NCBI GenBank assembly: GCA_035606695.1
Contig: DATNEW010000035.1
Location: forward strand, 52,487-116,486
DNA length: 64,000 bases
From: Gemmatimonadaceae bacterium
Lineage (GTDB): Bacteria > Gemmatimonadota > Gemmatimonadetes > Gemmatimonadales > Gemmatimonadaceae
Direction of reading: 5' to 3'
The notes below the pieces were generated by a model. The model was not told where the DNA came from and made no database searches. It saw only the letters and a program-made list of their open reading frames with translations. Below, piece after piece: positions 47,767 to 57,597 of this stretch. Position 1 is the stretch's first letter. Each line of letters begins with the position of its first letter. The translations under genes and the position numbers were made by a program.

Positions 47767-49146
47767 TCACGCGGTTCCGACGCTGACGCCTTGCGAGCGC
47801 AGCCATCCCTCCATCTCGCCGCGGATCGCGGCCAGGCGCTCCGGTGTCTGCGCCTCATAGCGCGCCACGATGACCGGCTGCGTGTTCGACGCGCGGATCA
47901 GCCCCCAGCCGTCGCCGAACAACACGCGCACGCCGTCGACGTCGATGACATCGTACTTCGAGCGGAAGTGCTTCACCGCGCTGTCGACGAGACCGAACTT
48001 GAGCTCCTCGGGCACTTCGATGCGCAGCTCCGGCGTTGACACGAAATCGGGCACGTCGGCGAGCAGCTGCGCGACCGTGCGGCCGGAATCACTCAGGATG
48101 CGCAGCAGCCGGGCCGCGCCATACATCGCGTCGTCGTGGCCGTAGAATCCTTCGCTGAAGAACATGTGGCCGGACATCTCTCCGGCGACCGGCGCGTGCA
48201 TCTCCTTCATCTTGTCCTTGATGAGCGAGTGGCCGGTCTTCCACATCACGGGATTCCCGCCGGCATTCTGCACCGCGGTCGGCAGCGCCTGCGAACATTT
48301 CACGTCGAAGATGATCGACTGTCCGCGGCCCGTCCGCTCGAGCACATCGCGCGCGTACAGAATCAGCACGCGATCGCCCCAGATGATGTTGCCATCGCCA
48401 TCCACCACGCCGATGCGATCCGCATCGCCGTCGAACGCGATTCCGATCTCCGCCTTGTCCTGCTTCACCGCCGCGATGATGTCCTCGAGATTCTCAGGGA
48501 CCGTCGGATCGGGATGATGATTCGGAAACGTCCCGTCGCTCTCGCAGAACAACCCGCGCCCTTCGACGCCGAGTTTCTTGAAGAGCTGCGGCGCGACGAG
48601 CGCGCCCGCACCATTCCCGCAGTCGTACACGATCTTGATCTTTCGCTTGAGCGGTCCGGTGCGCGCCGCCACGTCATCGACGTACCGATCGATGACTTCC
48701 TCGTGCGAGACCGTGCCCTTGTTCTTCGCGGCCGCGGCGGGCGTCTGCGTCAAGGCGTAGAGATGTTGAATCTCTTCGCCGTGCATCGACGCCTTGGAGA
48801 GCGAGAGCTTGAACCCGTTGTATTCCGGCGGATTGTGCGAACCCGTGATTTGAATGCCGCCGATCACCGGCAGATGATGCAGCGCCCAGTAGTTGAGCGG
48901 CGTCGGGATCACGCCGATGTCGATCACGTCCACGCCCGCGCCCGTGAGCCCATCCACCAGCGCGTCGCGCAGCATCGGTCCGCTCGGCCGATTGTCGCAG
49001 CTCACGGCGATCGCGCCCGTGATGCCCCGCTCCGCCATGTTTGCCGCGTACGCCACGCCGACGGCGCGCGCCGCCTCGACCGTCAGGTCCTTGCCGACGA
49101 TGCCGCGAATGTCGTATTGGCGAAAGATGCCTGATGCAATGGCCAT
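47767..49146 (-). CDS. Phosphomannomutase/phosphoglucomutase
   Basis: TGSHNPPEYNG phosphoserine loop, FDGDADR metal site and GEMSGH sugar-binding loop; 459 aa. Confidence 0.92.
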   Translation of the reverse strand: MAIASGIFRQYDIRGIVGKDLTVEAARAVGVAYAANMAERGITGAIAVSCDNRPSGPMLRDALVDGLTGAGVDVIDIGVIPTPLNYWALHHLPVIGGIQITGSHNPPEYNGFKLSLSKASMHGEEIQHLYALTQTPAAAAKNKGTVSHEEVIDRYVDDVAARTGPLKRKIKIVYDCGNGAGALVAPQLFKKLGVEGRGLFCESDGTFPNHHPDPTVPENLEDIIAAVKQDKAEIGIAFDGDADRIGVVDGDGNIIWGDRVLILYARDVLERTGRGQSIIFDVKCSQALPTAVQNAGGNPVMWKTGHSLIKDKMKEMHAPVAGEMSGHMFFSEGFYGHDDAMYGAARLLRILSDSGRTVAQLLADVPDFVSTPELRIEVPEELKFGLVDSAVKHFRSKYDVIDVDGVRVLFGDGWGLIRASNTQPVIVARYEAQTPERLAAIRGEMEGWLRSQGVSVGTA

Positions 49147-49159
49147 CGTGGATCTCTAA

Positions 49160-49198
49160 TTCAAGAAAGTGAACGGGGCCCCCACCCGGCGGCCCCGT
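49160..49198 (-). terminator. Putative intrinsic terminator of the nuo operon
   Basis: On the minus strand, ACGGGGCC...GGCCCCGT (8-bp GC stem, 49173-49198) is followed by TCACTTTCTT, directly after the nuoN stop. Confidence 0.5.
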
Positions 49199-49201
49199 AA
49201 T

Positions 49202-50788
49202 CTAGCGGTTCGGCTCGGCCGCGCGGTCGGCGACGTGTCGTGGCATCGGCGGCGGCAAGTCGATGGCCGCGGTGCTCGGCGGCAGACTCGTGGTCGTGGG
49301 CGTCACCTCGTAGCGCGGCCGCCCATTTCGCGCGATCCGCACGAGATATTCCGGCGCGAATCCCAGAATCAACAGCAACGCAACGCTCACGCCGAGCACC
49401 ATGCGCGTGAGACCGCCGGAGCGCTCGGGCGCGGGAATGCCGTCGATGCGGGGCCTCATGAACATCAGCACCAGCACGTACAGGTAGTAGCCCGCCGAGA
49501 TGACGGTGGTGAGCACGAGCGTGACCGCGAGCGTCGTTTGCGGTATCGGCGCCTGCAACGCCGCTTGCAGCACGTACCACTTCGCGTAGAAGCCGGCGCC
49601 GCCGAAGATCGGGAAGCCCATCAGCGCCAGCATGAGAACGCCCATCGTGACCGCCAGCCACGGACTCACGCTCCACAGGCCCGCGAGCTCGTCGAGCATG
49701 ACGGTGCCGCGACCCTCGCGCTGGAGCGCGATCACGACCGCGAACGCCCCGAACGTGGCCAGCGTGTAAATGAACAGATAGAACAGCATCGCCGACGATC
49801 CCTGCGCGGTGCCGGCGGCGACGGCAACGAGCAGGTAGCCCGCGTGACCGATGCTCGAGTACGCGAGCATGCGTTTCAGATTCTTCTGAACGAGGCCGAT
49901 AGCGTTCCCCATCACCATCGTCGCGATCGCCAGGATCACCATCGCGCCGTGCCACGATTGGAACGTGAAGTTGAACGCCTCGAGCCACACGCGAATGAAC
50001 GCGGCGAATGCCGCCGCCTTCACCGTCGCGGCCATGTACGCCGTGATCGCCGACGGCGCGCCGTCGTACACGTCCGGCGCCCACATGTGAAACGGCACCG
50101 TCGCGACCTTGAAACCAAACCCGATCAACAGCAGCGCGATGCCCGTGATCAGCAGTGGACTCGACGTGAGGCCATAGATCGAAATGCGTCCGGCGATGAT
50201 CGTGAGGTTCGTGCTGCCGGTCGCGCCGTACACGAGCGCGATGCCGTACAGCAAAAACGCGGTCGAGAACGCGCCGAGCAAAAAGTACTTGAGCGCCCCC
50301 TCGGCCGACCGCTCGCTCCGGCGGTTGAGCCCCGCGAGCGCGTACACCGAGATCGACATCAGCTCGATGCCAAGGAACACGATCATGAGATCGCGTGCGG
50401 CGGCCAGCAGCATCATACCCGACGACGCGAGCAGGATCAACACATGCGACTCGGCGAACGCGATGCCGGTGCGCATGTTGTCGTCCATGCTCAGCGCGAT
50501 CGTGAAGATCGTACCGAGGAGGACGACGACGTCGATGAGCCAGCGAAAGTTGTCGAGCGCGATTGGCCCCGGACCGGCTGAATAGCGGCCCGCCCAATTG
50601 AGCGCGAGGAGAATCGTGATGCCGCAGAGCACGATGCTCGCGATGCCGATGTTGCGCTGGTGCTGCTGGCTGTCCGGCCGCAGCGACGCCCACAGCAACA
50701 GGACCATCGCCCCGCCCATCAACACGAGATCCGGCACGAGTGCCAGCGAGAGCTGCAGCGGCACGGTGATGTCGAGTGTCGTGATCAT
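49202..50788 (-). CDS. nuoN: NADH-quinone oxidoreductase subunit N
   Basis: Trimmed to ATG 50788 (ATGA overlap with the nuoM stop). Polytopic antiporter-like subunit in last position of the nuo operon. Confidence 0.88.
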   Translation of the reverse strand: MITTLDITVPLQLSLALVPDLVLMGGAMVLLLWASLRPDSQQHQRNIGIASIVLCGITILLALNWAGRYSAGPGPIALDNFRWLIDVVVLLGTIFTIALSMDDNMRTGIAFAESHVLILLASSGMMLLAAARDLMIVFLGIELMSISVYALAGLNRRSERSAEGALKYFLLGAFSTAFLLYGIALVYGATGSTNLTIIAGRISIYGLTSSPLLITGIALLLIGFGFKVATVPFHMWAPDVYDGAPSAITAYMAATVKAAAFAAFIRVWLEAFNFTFQSWHGAMVILAIATMVMGNAIGLVQKNLKRMLAYSSIGHAGYLLVAVAAGTAQGSSAMLFYLFIYTLATFGAFAVVIALQREGRGTVMLDELAGLWSVSPWLAVTMGVLMLALMGFPIFGGAGFYAKWYVLQAALQAPIPQTTLAVTLVLTTVISAGYYLYVLVLMFMRPRIDGIPAPERSGGLTRMVLGVSVALLLILGFAPEYLVRIARNGRPRYEVTPTTTSLPPSTAAIDLPPPMPRHVADRAAEPNR

Positions 50789-52422
50789 GGCTGTGCCCCT
50801 CCGGTCGGCGGGACATTCACCACCGCGGGCGACTCCGGCGCCGGTCCGATCGCTTCGATCGCGGCACGCCGCTGCTCGACGACGGTGACGAAGCGCGCCG
50901 ATGCACCTTCCATTCGGCGCAGCACCGGCGCGGGATATACCCCGAGCCACACGATGCACGCGATCAGCGGAAGCATGACGGCGAGCTCACGCCGGTTCAG
51001 ATCCGGAATGTGCTCGTTTTCGGTCTTGTCCAGGGAATTGAAGAGAATGCGCTGGATGGCCCAGAGCAGGTAGGCCGCCGAGATGATCACCGCGGTCGCG
51101 GCGACGACGGCGTAGATCGGCTCCGTGCGGAACGAGCCGATGAGCACCAGGAATTCACCGACGAACCCGTTCGTGCCCGGCACGCCAATACTGCTGAACG
51201 TCACGATGGTGAGCAGCGCCGCGAACATCGGCACCACGCGCGCAATGCCGCCGTACGCTTCGATCAAGCGCGTATGACGGCGCTCGTAGATCATGCCAAT
51301 GAGAAAGAACAGCGCGCCAGTCGAGATCCCGTGGTTGATCATCACCATCAGCGCACCCTGCACGCTCTGCACGGTCAACGCGAAGATGCCGAGCATCACG
51401 AAGCCAAGGTGGCTCACCGAGGAGTAGGCGACGAGCTTCTTGAAGTCCGGCTGCACGAGAGACACGAGCGCGCCGTACACGATGCCGATCACGGCCAGCA
51501 CGAGAATCGTCGCGCGAATGCCCGGGCTCAACGCCGCCGTCGGGAACAGCGGCAGCGCCAGGCGGATGAAGCCGAACGTGCCGAGCTTCAGCATGATGCT
51601 CGCCAGCACCACCGACCCGGCCGTCGGCGCTTCGACGTGCGCGTCCGGCAGCCAGGTGTGGAACGGGAACATCGGCACTTTCACGGCGAACGCCAGGAAG
51701 AACGCGCCGAAGAGCCATTTCGCGGTCGTCGAGCCGATCGCGACGTTCTGAATGATGTAGTCGTAATTGAAGTTCGGCAGGTTCGTCACGGGACTGCGCG
51801 CGGCGAGGCCGAGATAGATGATGGCGGCGAGCATGAGCATCGAGCCGACCATCGTGTAGATGAAGAACTTGACGCTGGCGTAGATGCGCCGCTCGCCGCC
51901 CCAGATGCCCACGATGAAGTACATCGGCACGAGCATCACTTCCCACATCACATAGAACAGGAACAGATCGAGCGCGAGGAACACGCCGAGCATGCCGGTG
52001 GTGAGCACGAGCAGCAGCGCGTAGTAGGCGCGCGTGCGCGTCCGGATGCTGGTCCAGCTGCCGCCGACGGCGAGCAGCATGATGAACGTCGTGAGCAGCA
52101 CCATCATCAACGAGATGCCGTCGATGCCGAGCGTGAAGCGCACGCCCCACGACGGAATCCAGGGGAAGTCGACGACCGACTGCCAGCTGTCCACGGCCGG
52201 CACGAAGCTCCACCAGAGCCCGAGCGAGACGATGAACTCGACGGCGAACGTCAACAGCGCGATGACGCGCGGGGCACCCGCGGCGCCGCTCGCGACTTCG
52301 TCCTCACCCGGCGCCGCCTTGGCGCCGAACGCCCAGATGAGCGCGGCCCCGGCGAGCGGGATCACGAGGAGGGCGGGCAGCACCCACTGCTGGTAGCCGA
52401 TGGAACTCAGGAAAGCGTTCAT
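50785..52422 (-). CDS. nuoM: NADH-quinone oxidoreductase subunit M
   Basis: 545 aa Mrp-antiporter-like protein with a WLPDAHVEAPTAGSV motif. Confidence 0.92.
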   Translation of the reverse strand: MNAFLSSIGYQQWVLPALLVIPLAGAALIWAFGAKAAPGEDEVASGAAGAPRVIALLTFAVEFIVSLGLWWSFVPAVDSWQSVVDFPWIPSWGVRFTLGIDGISLMMVLLTTFIMLLAVGGSWTSIRTRTRAYYALLLVLTTGMLGVFLALDLFLFYVMWEVMLVPMYFIVGIWGGERRIYASVKFFIYTMVGSMLMLAAIIYLGLAARSPVTNLPNFNYDYIIQNVAIGSTTAKWLFGAFFLAFAVKVPMFPFHTWLPDAHVEAPTAGSVVLASIMLKLGTFGFIRLALPLFPTAALSPGIRATILVLAVIGIVYGALVSLVQPDFKKLVAYSSVSHLGFVMLGIFALTVQSVQGALMVMINHGISTGALFFLIGMIYERRHTRLIEAYGGIARVVPMFAALLTIVTFSSIGVPGTNGFVGEFLVLIGSFRTEPIYAVVAATAVIISAAYLLWAIQRILFNSLDKTENEHIPDLNRRELAVMLPLIACIVWLGVYPAPVLRRMEGASARFVTVVEQRRAAIEAIGPAPESPAVVNVPPTGGAQP

Positions 52423-52434
52423 GAAATCTGGAAG

Positions 52435-52476
52435 CCGGAATTCCGAGCGGAGGTGCGAAGCGCCGAAGTGAGGAAC
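52435..52476. repeat. Single REP-like element copy between nuoL and nuoM
   Basis: CCGGAATTCCGAGCGGAGGTGCGAAGCGCCGAAGTGAGGAAC read on the plus strand, which is antisense to the operon. Confidence 0.88.
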
Positions 52477-52492
52477 GATGTCACAAAAATAA

Positions 52493-54769
52493 TTAGCGAA
52501 TGCTAAATGCCGCGAGAATCACCACCACGCCGACCGCCAGCACCCACGCGTACGTGCCCAATTGCCCCGACTGGAAGAGCGAGCCAATCCGCCCGACCGC
52601 CTGCGCCACGAGCGCACTGCCCCGCACCGCCACCGTATCGATCAACCCCACGTCGACCCCGCGCCACAATAACCCGCGCGACGTGCCAACCACCGGCTGC
52701 ACGATCGCCGAATCGTAGATCTCGTCGACGTAGTACTTCTCGTTGAGCACTTTCTCAAATCCGACTTCCGGCGCCGACTCGGCCTTCGGCGCGAGCGATT
52801 CCGGCTTGAGCCGCGCGAACGCGAGCGCGATACCGCCGATCGCGATCAGCACCGCCAAGCCCACCAGGCTGTACTCGAGCGACGACGCCATCTCCGGCGC
52901 GCCGGCCAGCGTGCGCTCCGTCGATTCCTTCACCACCGGCGCCAGCCAATGCTCGAGGCCACCAACCGGACCCAGGAAGCTCGCGAACTGCGGCAGGTTG
53001 AGCCATCCGCCGACGACCGTCAGAATCCCAAGCACCACCAGCGGCCCGGTCATGATCCACGGCGCCTCGGTGAGATGCTTCCGCTCTTCGTCGCCCGAGC
53101 GATTCGGACCGTGGAACGTGTAGATCATCATGCGCGTCATGTACGTCGCCGTCATGAACGCGGCCGCTACTCCGAGCACGTAGGCCAAGTAGAGCCAATA
53201 CGTCCCGGGAATGCCGAAGAGATGCGCCTGCGCGATCGTCGAGCCCTCGTGCGCGCGCGCAAACACGCCGCCCAGGATCTCATCCTTCGAGAAGAAGCCG
53301 GCAAACGGCGGAATCCCGGAAATCGCCAGCGTCGCAATCCACATCGACACGCACGTCACGGGCATGTATGCCTTGAGCCCGCCCATGTTGCGCATGTCCT
53401 GCGCATCGTCGTGGTTGTTCGTGTGATGATACGCCGCGTGCATCGCGAAGATCACCGAGCCGGACCCCAGGAACAACAGCGCCTTGAAGAAGGCGTGTGT
53501 CACGAGGTGGAACACGCCGCTCGCATACGCGCCGCAGCCGACACCGACGAACATGTAGCCCAGCTGCGAGACCGTGGAGTACGCGAGGACCTTCTTGATG
53601 TCCCATTGCTTGAGCCCGATCGACGCCGCGAAGATCGCCGTCAACGCACCGACCAGCACCACGACGATCTGCGCGACCGGCGCGAGCGCGAACAACACGT
53701 TGCTGCGCGCGATCAGGTACACGCCCGCGGTCACCATCGTCGCCGCGTGGATCAGCGCGGAGACCGGTGTCGGGCCGGCCATGGCGTCGGGCAGCCAGAC
53801 GTACAATGGGATCTGCGCGCTCTTTCCCGCGCATCCCAGAAACAGGAACAAGCAAATCGCCGTCGCCACGACGCCGCCGACGGGCAGCGAGTTGGCCGCT
53901 TCACGCACGCCGACGAAATCGAGCGTGCCCAGGTTGGCGAAGATGATGAACATCGCGACGAGGAAGCCGAAGTCGCCGATGCGATTGACGATGAACGCCT
54001 TCTTCCCCGCGTCCGCGTTCGCCTTGTCGCTGAACCAGAAGCCGATCAGCAAATACGAACAGAGCCCCACGCCTTCCCACCCGATGAACAGGATCGGATA
54101 GTTCGCGCCGAGCACCAGCAGGAGCATGAAGAACACGAACAGATTCAGGTACGCGAAAAAGCGCGGGTAGCCTGGATCGTCCTGCATGTAGCCGACGCTG
54201 AAAATGTGGATCAGCGTGCCGACACCCGTGACGACGAGCGTCATCATCATCGACAACTGATCGAGCTGGAACGCCGCGTCGATGTGCAGGTCGCCGACGG
54301 GCATCCACGAGAAGTACCGTTGGATGAACGGTGCGGCCATGTCGCCGCCGCCGGCCGCGCGCATGGCGAGCCAGATCGCCGCCGTGAGCACGAACGACAG
54401 CAGCAGCACGCCCGGGCCGACGATGGTCGCCAGCGCCGCGAAGCGATGCCGTTGCACCACATGGTGATCGTCGCCGTGGGCGCCGCCGGTTTCCGCGTCA
54501 TGACCATGCTCGTGCGCATGCTCGTGCGCATGCTCGTGCACGTGGGCATCGCCGTGTCCGTGCGCGTCGTGCGCGTTGTGCGTAGCGCTCGGATCCGCCG
54601 GCCCCGCGTGAAACGCGGGAAACAGCGACGCCGCACCGTTGATGAGAAATCCCAGAAACGGCAGCAACGGCACGGCCCACAACCACTCGGCAGCCGTTCC
54701 ATTCAACGGATGCGCGCCGGTCGATGCCTGTGCCGCGGCGGCCGCGGCTTCTTGCAGAAGAGGAAACAT
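52493..54769 (-). CDS. nuoL: NADH-quinone oxidoreductase subunit L, with a His-rich insertion after TM1
   Basis: 758 aa. Contains WEGVGLCSYLLIGFW and LPDAMAGPTPVSALIHAATMV motifs and a long C-terminal amphipathic region. The insertion spans aa 54-108. Confidence 0.92.
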   Translation of the reverse strand: MFPLLQEAAAAAAQASTGAHPLNGTAAEWLWAVPLLPFLGFLINGAASLFPAFHAGPADPSATHNAHDAHGHGDAHVHEHAHEHAHEHGHDAETGGAHGDDHHVVQRHRFAALATIVGPGVLLLSFVLTAAIWLAMRAAGGGDMAAPFIQRYFSWMPVGDLHIDAAFQLDQLSMMMTLVVTGVGTLIHIFSVGYMQDDPGYPRFFAYLNLFVFFMLLLVLGANYPILFIGWEGVGLCSYLLIGFWFSDKANADAGKKAFIVNRIGDFGFLVAMFIIFANLGTLDFVGVREAANSLPVGGVVATAICLFLFLGCAGKSAQIPLYVWLPDAMAGPTPVSALIHAATMVTAGVYLIARSNVLFALAPVAQIVVVLVGALTAIFAASIGLKQWDIKKVLAYSTVSQLGYMFVGVGCGAYASGVFHLVTHAFFKALLFLGSGSVIFAMHAAYHHTNNHDDAQDMRNMGGLKAYMPVTCVSMWIATLAISGIPPFAGFFSKDEILGGVFARAHEGSTIAQAHLFGIPGTYWLYLAYVLGVAAAFMTATYMTRMMIYTFHGPNRSGDEERKHLTEAPWIMTGPLVVLGILTVVGGWLNLPQFASFLGPVGGLEHWLAPVVKESTERTLAGAPEMASSLEYSLVGLAVLIAIGGIALAFARLKPESLAPKAESAPEVGFEKVLNEKYYVDEIYDSAIVQPVVGTSRGLLWRGVDVGLIDTVAVRGSALVAQAVGRIGSLFQSGQLGTYAWVLAVGVVVILAAFSIR
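54505..54540. repeat. 12-bp in-frame tandem repeat x3 (CATGCTCGTGCG) inside nuoL
   Basis: Read directly; it encodes the AHEHAHEHAHEH part of the His-rich loop. Confidence 0.9.
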
Positions 54770-54779
54770 CAGGACCCGG

Positions 54780-55073
54780 TCAGCCTTTCAGCAGGTTGAT
54801 GTTCTGAAGATTCACCGTCGGACGATGACGGAAGAGTGCGATGATGATCGCGAGCCCGACCGCCGCTTCCGCCGCGGCGACCGTCATCACGAAGAACACG
54901 AAGACCTGGCCCGCGACGCCGTACGCCTGCGCGAACGCCACGAAGCTCAGATTCACCGCGTTGAGCATGAGCTCCACGCACATGAACACGATGATCGCGT
55001 TGCGGCGAATCAGTACGCCGAAGACGCCGATCACGAACAGGACCGCCGAAAAGAACAGCGCTTCAGCGAGCAT
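54780..55073 (-). CDS. nuoK: NADH-quinone oxidoreductase subunit K
   Basis: 97 aa, 3 TM helices, with a [13 protein letters not shown] motif. Confidence 0.93.
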   Translation of the reverse strand: MLAEALFFSAVLFVIGVFGVLIRRNAIIVFMCVELMLNAVNLSFVAFAQAYGVAGQVFVFFVMTVAAAEAAVGLAIIIALFRHRPTVNLQNINLLKG

Positions 55074-55710
55074 TCTCTTCTCCGCGTTGCTTGCCCAGCA
55101 GCACCGCGCCGACGACGGCGGCGAGCAGCAGGACGCTCGTCACCTCGAAGGCCAGCAGGTATTCATTGAACAACGGACCCGCGAACGGCGCGATCGCGCC
55201 GCTTTGCGCGATCTGCTCCGCCGCGAAACCCTGCGGCAGCGTCAGGCTCACCGGCGTCTTCGCCTTGGTCAGCGCGAAGATCTCGGCGAGAATCGCGATG
55301 CCGACGGCGCCGCCCACCACCTTCCAGCCGACGGCGCGCATATCGCCGATCTCACCGCTGCCCAGGTTGAGCAGCATGATGACGAACAGGAACACGACCA
55401 TGATCGCGCCGGCGTATACCAGAACTTGAATGGCCCCGATGAACTGCGCGTCGAGCATCACATAGAGCGCCGCGAGGCTGAACATCGTGCTGACGAGCCA
55501 CAGCGCCGCCGCGACGGGGCTCTTGCGCGTCACGAAGAGCACCGCCGACACGATCGCGAAAAGGCCGAAGAGATAGAAATGAAACGTGTACCAGAGCGAG
55601 AGCGTGCCGTGAGGCATGCTCAGCGTCGGCGCCGTTCCGGTGCCGACGGCCGGCACCGCTCGCGGTCCCTGGACGCCAGCCTGCAGCAGCGCGTGTATGA
55701 GATCCGGCAT
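55063..55710 (-). CDS. nuoJ: NADH-quinone oxidoreductase subunit J
   Basis: ATG 55710 shares one nt with the nuoI stop (TAATG). A later start at [17 protein letters not shown] is also possible. The C-terminal part is typical of NuoJ. Confidence 0.85.
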   Translation of the reverse strand: MPDLIHALLQAGVQGPRAVPAVGTGTAPTLSMPHGTLSLWYTFHFYLFGLFAIVSAVLFVTRKSPVAAALWLVSTMFSLAALYVMLDAQFIGAIQVLVYAGAIMVVFLFVIMLLNLGSGEIGDMRAVGWKVVGGAVGIAILAEIFALTKAKTPVSLTLPQGFAAEQIAQSGAIAPFAGPLFNEYLLAFEVTSVLLLAAVVGAVLLGKQRGEENAR

Positions 55711-56210
55711 TACTCGCCCTTGGGGTCGGCGGGATCCCACATCTCGCAGACCGGATGCGTCTGCGCCATCAAGCGCTCGAGGTCGTACACGAAGCCCTCG
55801 CGGCTGTATTCAGAGTTCTCAAAATGCCGGCCGAGGTGAATCGCCTCTTCCGGACATACTTCCTGGCAGTAGCCGCAGAAGATGCACCGGAACTCGTCGA
55901 TCTCGAACACGAGCGGATACCGATTGCCGTTTTCGTCTTCGCCCGGCACGAGCTTGATGCAGTTCGACGGACACACCGTCGGACACAACCCGCACGCCAC
56001 GCATTTCGCCTTGCCGTCTTCCGTCGTCAGCATGCGATGCGTGCCGCGCCACCGCGGCGAGACCGCCCACTTCTCGTCCGGATACTGCACCGTCACCTTC
56101 TCGGACATCGGTTGGAGCAGATGCTTGAGCGTGAGCGCCATGCCCTTCACCGTGGCGCGCACGTAGCTCGTCTGCTCGATCGGGCGCTCCAGGACTTTCA
56201 CACTGATCAT
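55710..56210 (-). CDS. nuoI: NADH-quinone oxidoreductase subunit I
   Basis: Trimmed to ATG 56210. Two 4Fe-4S motifs, CVACGLCPTVCP and CIFCGYCQEVCP. Confidence 0.95.
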   Translation of the reverse strand: MISVKVLERPIEQTSYVRATVKGMALTLKHLLQPMSEKVTVQYPDEKWAVSPRWRGTHRMLTTEDGKAKCVACGLCPTVCPSNCIKLVPGEDENGNRYPLVFEIDEFRCIFCGYCQEVCPEEAIHLGRHFENSEYSREGFVYDLERLMAQTHPVCEMWDPADPKGE

Positions 56211-56213
56211 TGT

Positions 56214-56254
56214 TCGTCCCTGCGGCGCTTCGCACCGACGGTGGGAATTCGGCC
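56214..56254. repeat. Degenerate REP-like element copy between nuoH and nuoI
   Basis: The reverse complement reads CCGAATTCCCACCGTCGGTGCGAAGCGCCGCAGGGACGA and shares the GGTGCGAAGCGCCG core. Confidence 0.7.
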
Positions 56255-56265
56255 ATGCATGGTCA

Positions 56266-57597
56266 TCAGTCTGCTCCTCCCTCGTTCCGAACCGGCTCGA
56301 AGCGCACGCGATCATACCGGGCGCGACGAAGCTTTTCGATATTGCGTTTGTCGAGGCGCGAGTACGCGGGACTGATCAAGCGCCCGCGATCCACCACGCC
56401 CAGCAGAATGCCGAGCAGCACGATGTTCACGCCGAGCATGACGAGCGCGAAGTACGGCGACTGCGGATGAATGCCGCTGTAGTCCAATCCAAACGTGACC
56501 GCCGCGACGATGACGATATACGAAAGCGCCACCGGCAGCATGAACTTCCAGCCGAGCGCCATGAGCTGATCGTAGCGGAAACGCGGCAGCGTCCAGCGCA
56601 CCCAGATGAACACGAACACGAAGAACAGGATCTTCGCCCAGAAGAATCCGAACGTGAGCAGCGTCTTGAGCAGCGTGTGCGGCGCGACGTTGTCCCACAC
56701 CGTGAACGGAATGTCCCAGCCGCCGAAGAACAGCGTCGCCATCAGCGCGCTCGCCGTCATCACGTTCGCATACTCGGCGATGAAGAACATCGAGAACTTC
56801 ATCGCGCTGTATTCGGCGTGGTAGCCGGCGACGAGCTCCGATTCCGCCTCCGGCAGGTCGAACGGCACGCGGTTCGTCTCGGCGAACGCCGCGACGATGA
56901 ACACGAAGAACGCGATCGTGAGATTGATGACGTTCCAGTGCAAACCGCGCCCGGCCTGCTGCGCGACGATCTGATTCAGCGAGACGTTGCCGGCGAGGAT
57001 CAGCACCGGAATCGTCGCCATGCCCATCGAGATCTCGTACGAGATCATCTGCGCGCTCGACCGCAAGCCGCCGAGCAACGCGTATTTGTTGTTCGACGAC
57101 CAGCCGGCGAGCACGATGCCATACACGCCGAGCGAAGAGATCGCGAGCATGAAGAGGTAGCCGATCGGCAGCGGCGCGAGTGCCATGTCGATCGTGCCCC
57201 ACTTGGAATCCCACGGCGCGCCGTACGGAATGACCGACCAGGTGAGCAGCGCGGGAATGAACGACATCACGGGCGCGAGGATGAAGAGGGGCATGTACGC
57301 CGCCTTCGGGTACGTCTCCTCTTTCATGATGTTCTTGACGCCGTCGGCGACCGACTGCAGCAAGCCGTGCGGTCCAACGCGATTCGGCCCGCGCCGATCC
57401 TGGATGAACGCGCAAATGCGCCGCTCGGCCCAGATCACCATCATCACGCCGACCATATAGATCGTGAAGAGAACGAGCATCTTCACGACCGTCATCAGGA
57501 ACCAGAAGCCGGTGCTTGCCGGCGGCACGAGATGCTCGACGCCGTTGCTCGAGGTCGTCGTTTGCGCGACCGCTTGCATGAGGGTCGTGATGATCAT
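56266..57597 (-). CDS. nuoH: NADH-quinone oxidoreductase subunit H
   Basis: Trimmed to ATG 57597 (ATGA overlap with the nuoG stop). Contains WAERRICAFIQDRRGPNRVGP and FAETNRVPFDLPEAESELVAGYHAEYS motifs. Confidence 0.93.
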   Translation of the reverse strand: MIITTLMQAVAQTTTSSNGVEHLVPPASTGFWFLMTVVKMLVLFTIYMVGVMMVIWAERRICAFIQDRRGPNRVGPHGLLQSVADGVKNIMKEETYPKAAYMPLFILAPVMSFIPALLTWSVIPYGAPWDSKWGTIDMALAPLPIGYLFMLAISSLGVYGIVLAGWSSNNKYALLGGLRSSAQMISYEISMGMATIPVLILAGNVSLNQIVAQQAGRGLHWNVINLTIAFFVFIVAAFAETNRVPFDLPEAESELVAGYHAEYSAMKFSMFFIAEYANVMTASALMATLFFGGWDIPFTVWDNVAPHTLLKTLLTFGFFWAKILFFVFVFIWVRWTLPRFRYDQLMALGWKFMLPVALSYIVIVAAVTFGLDYSGIHPQSPYFALVMLGVNIVLLGILLGVVDRGRLISPAYSRLDKRNIEKLRRARYDRVRFEPVRNEGGAD

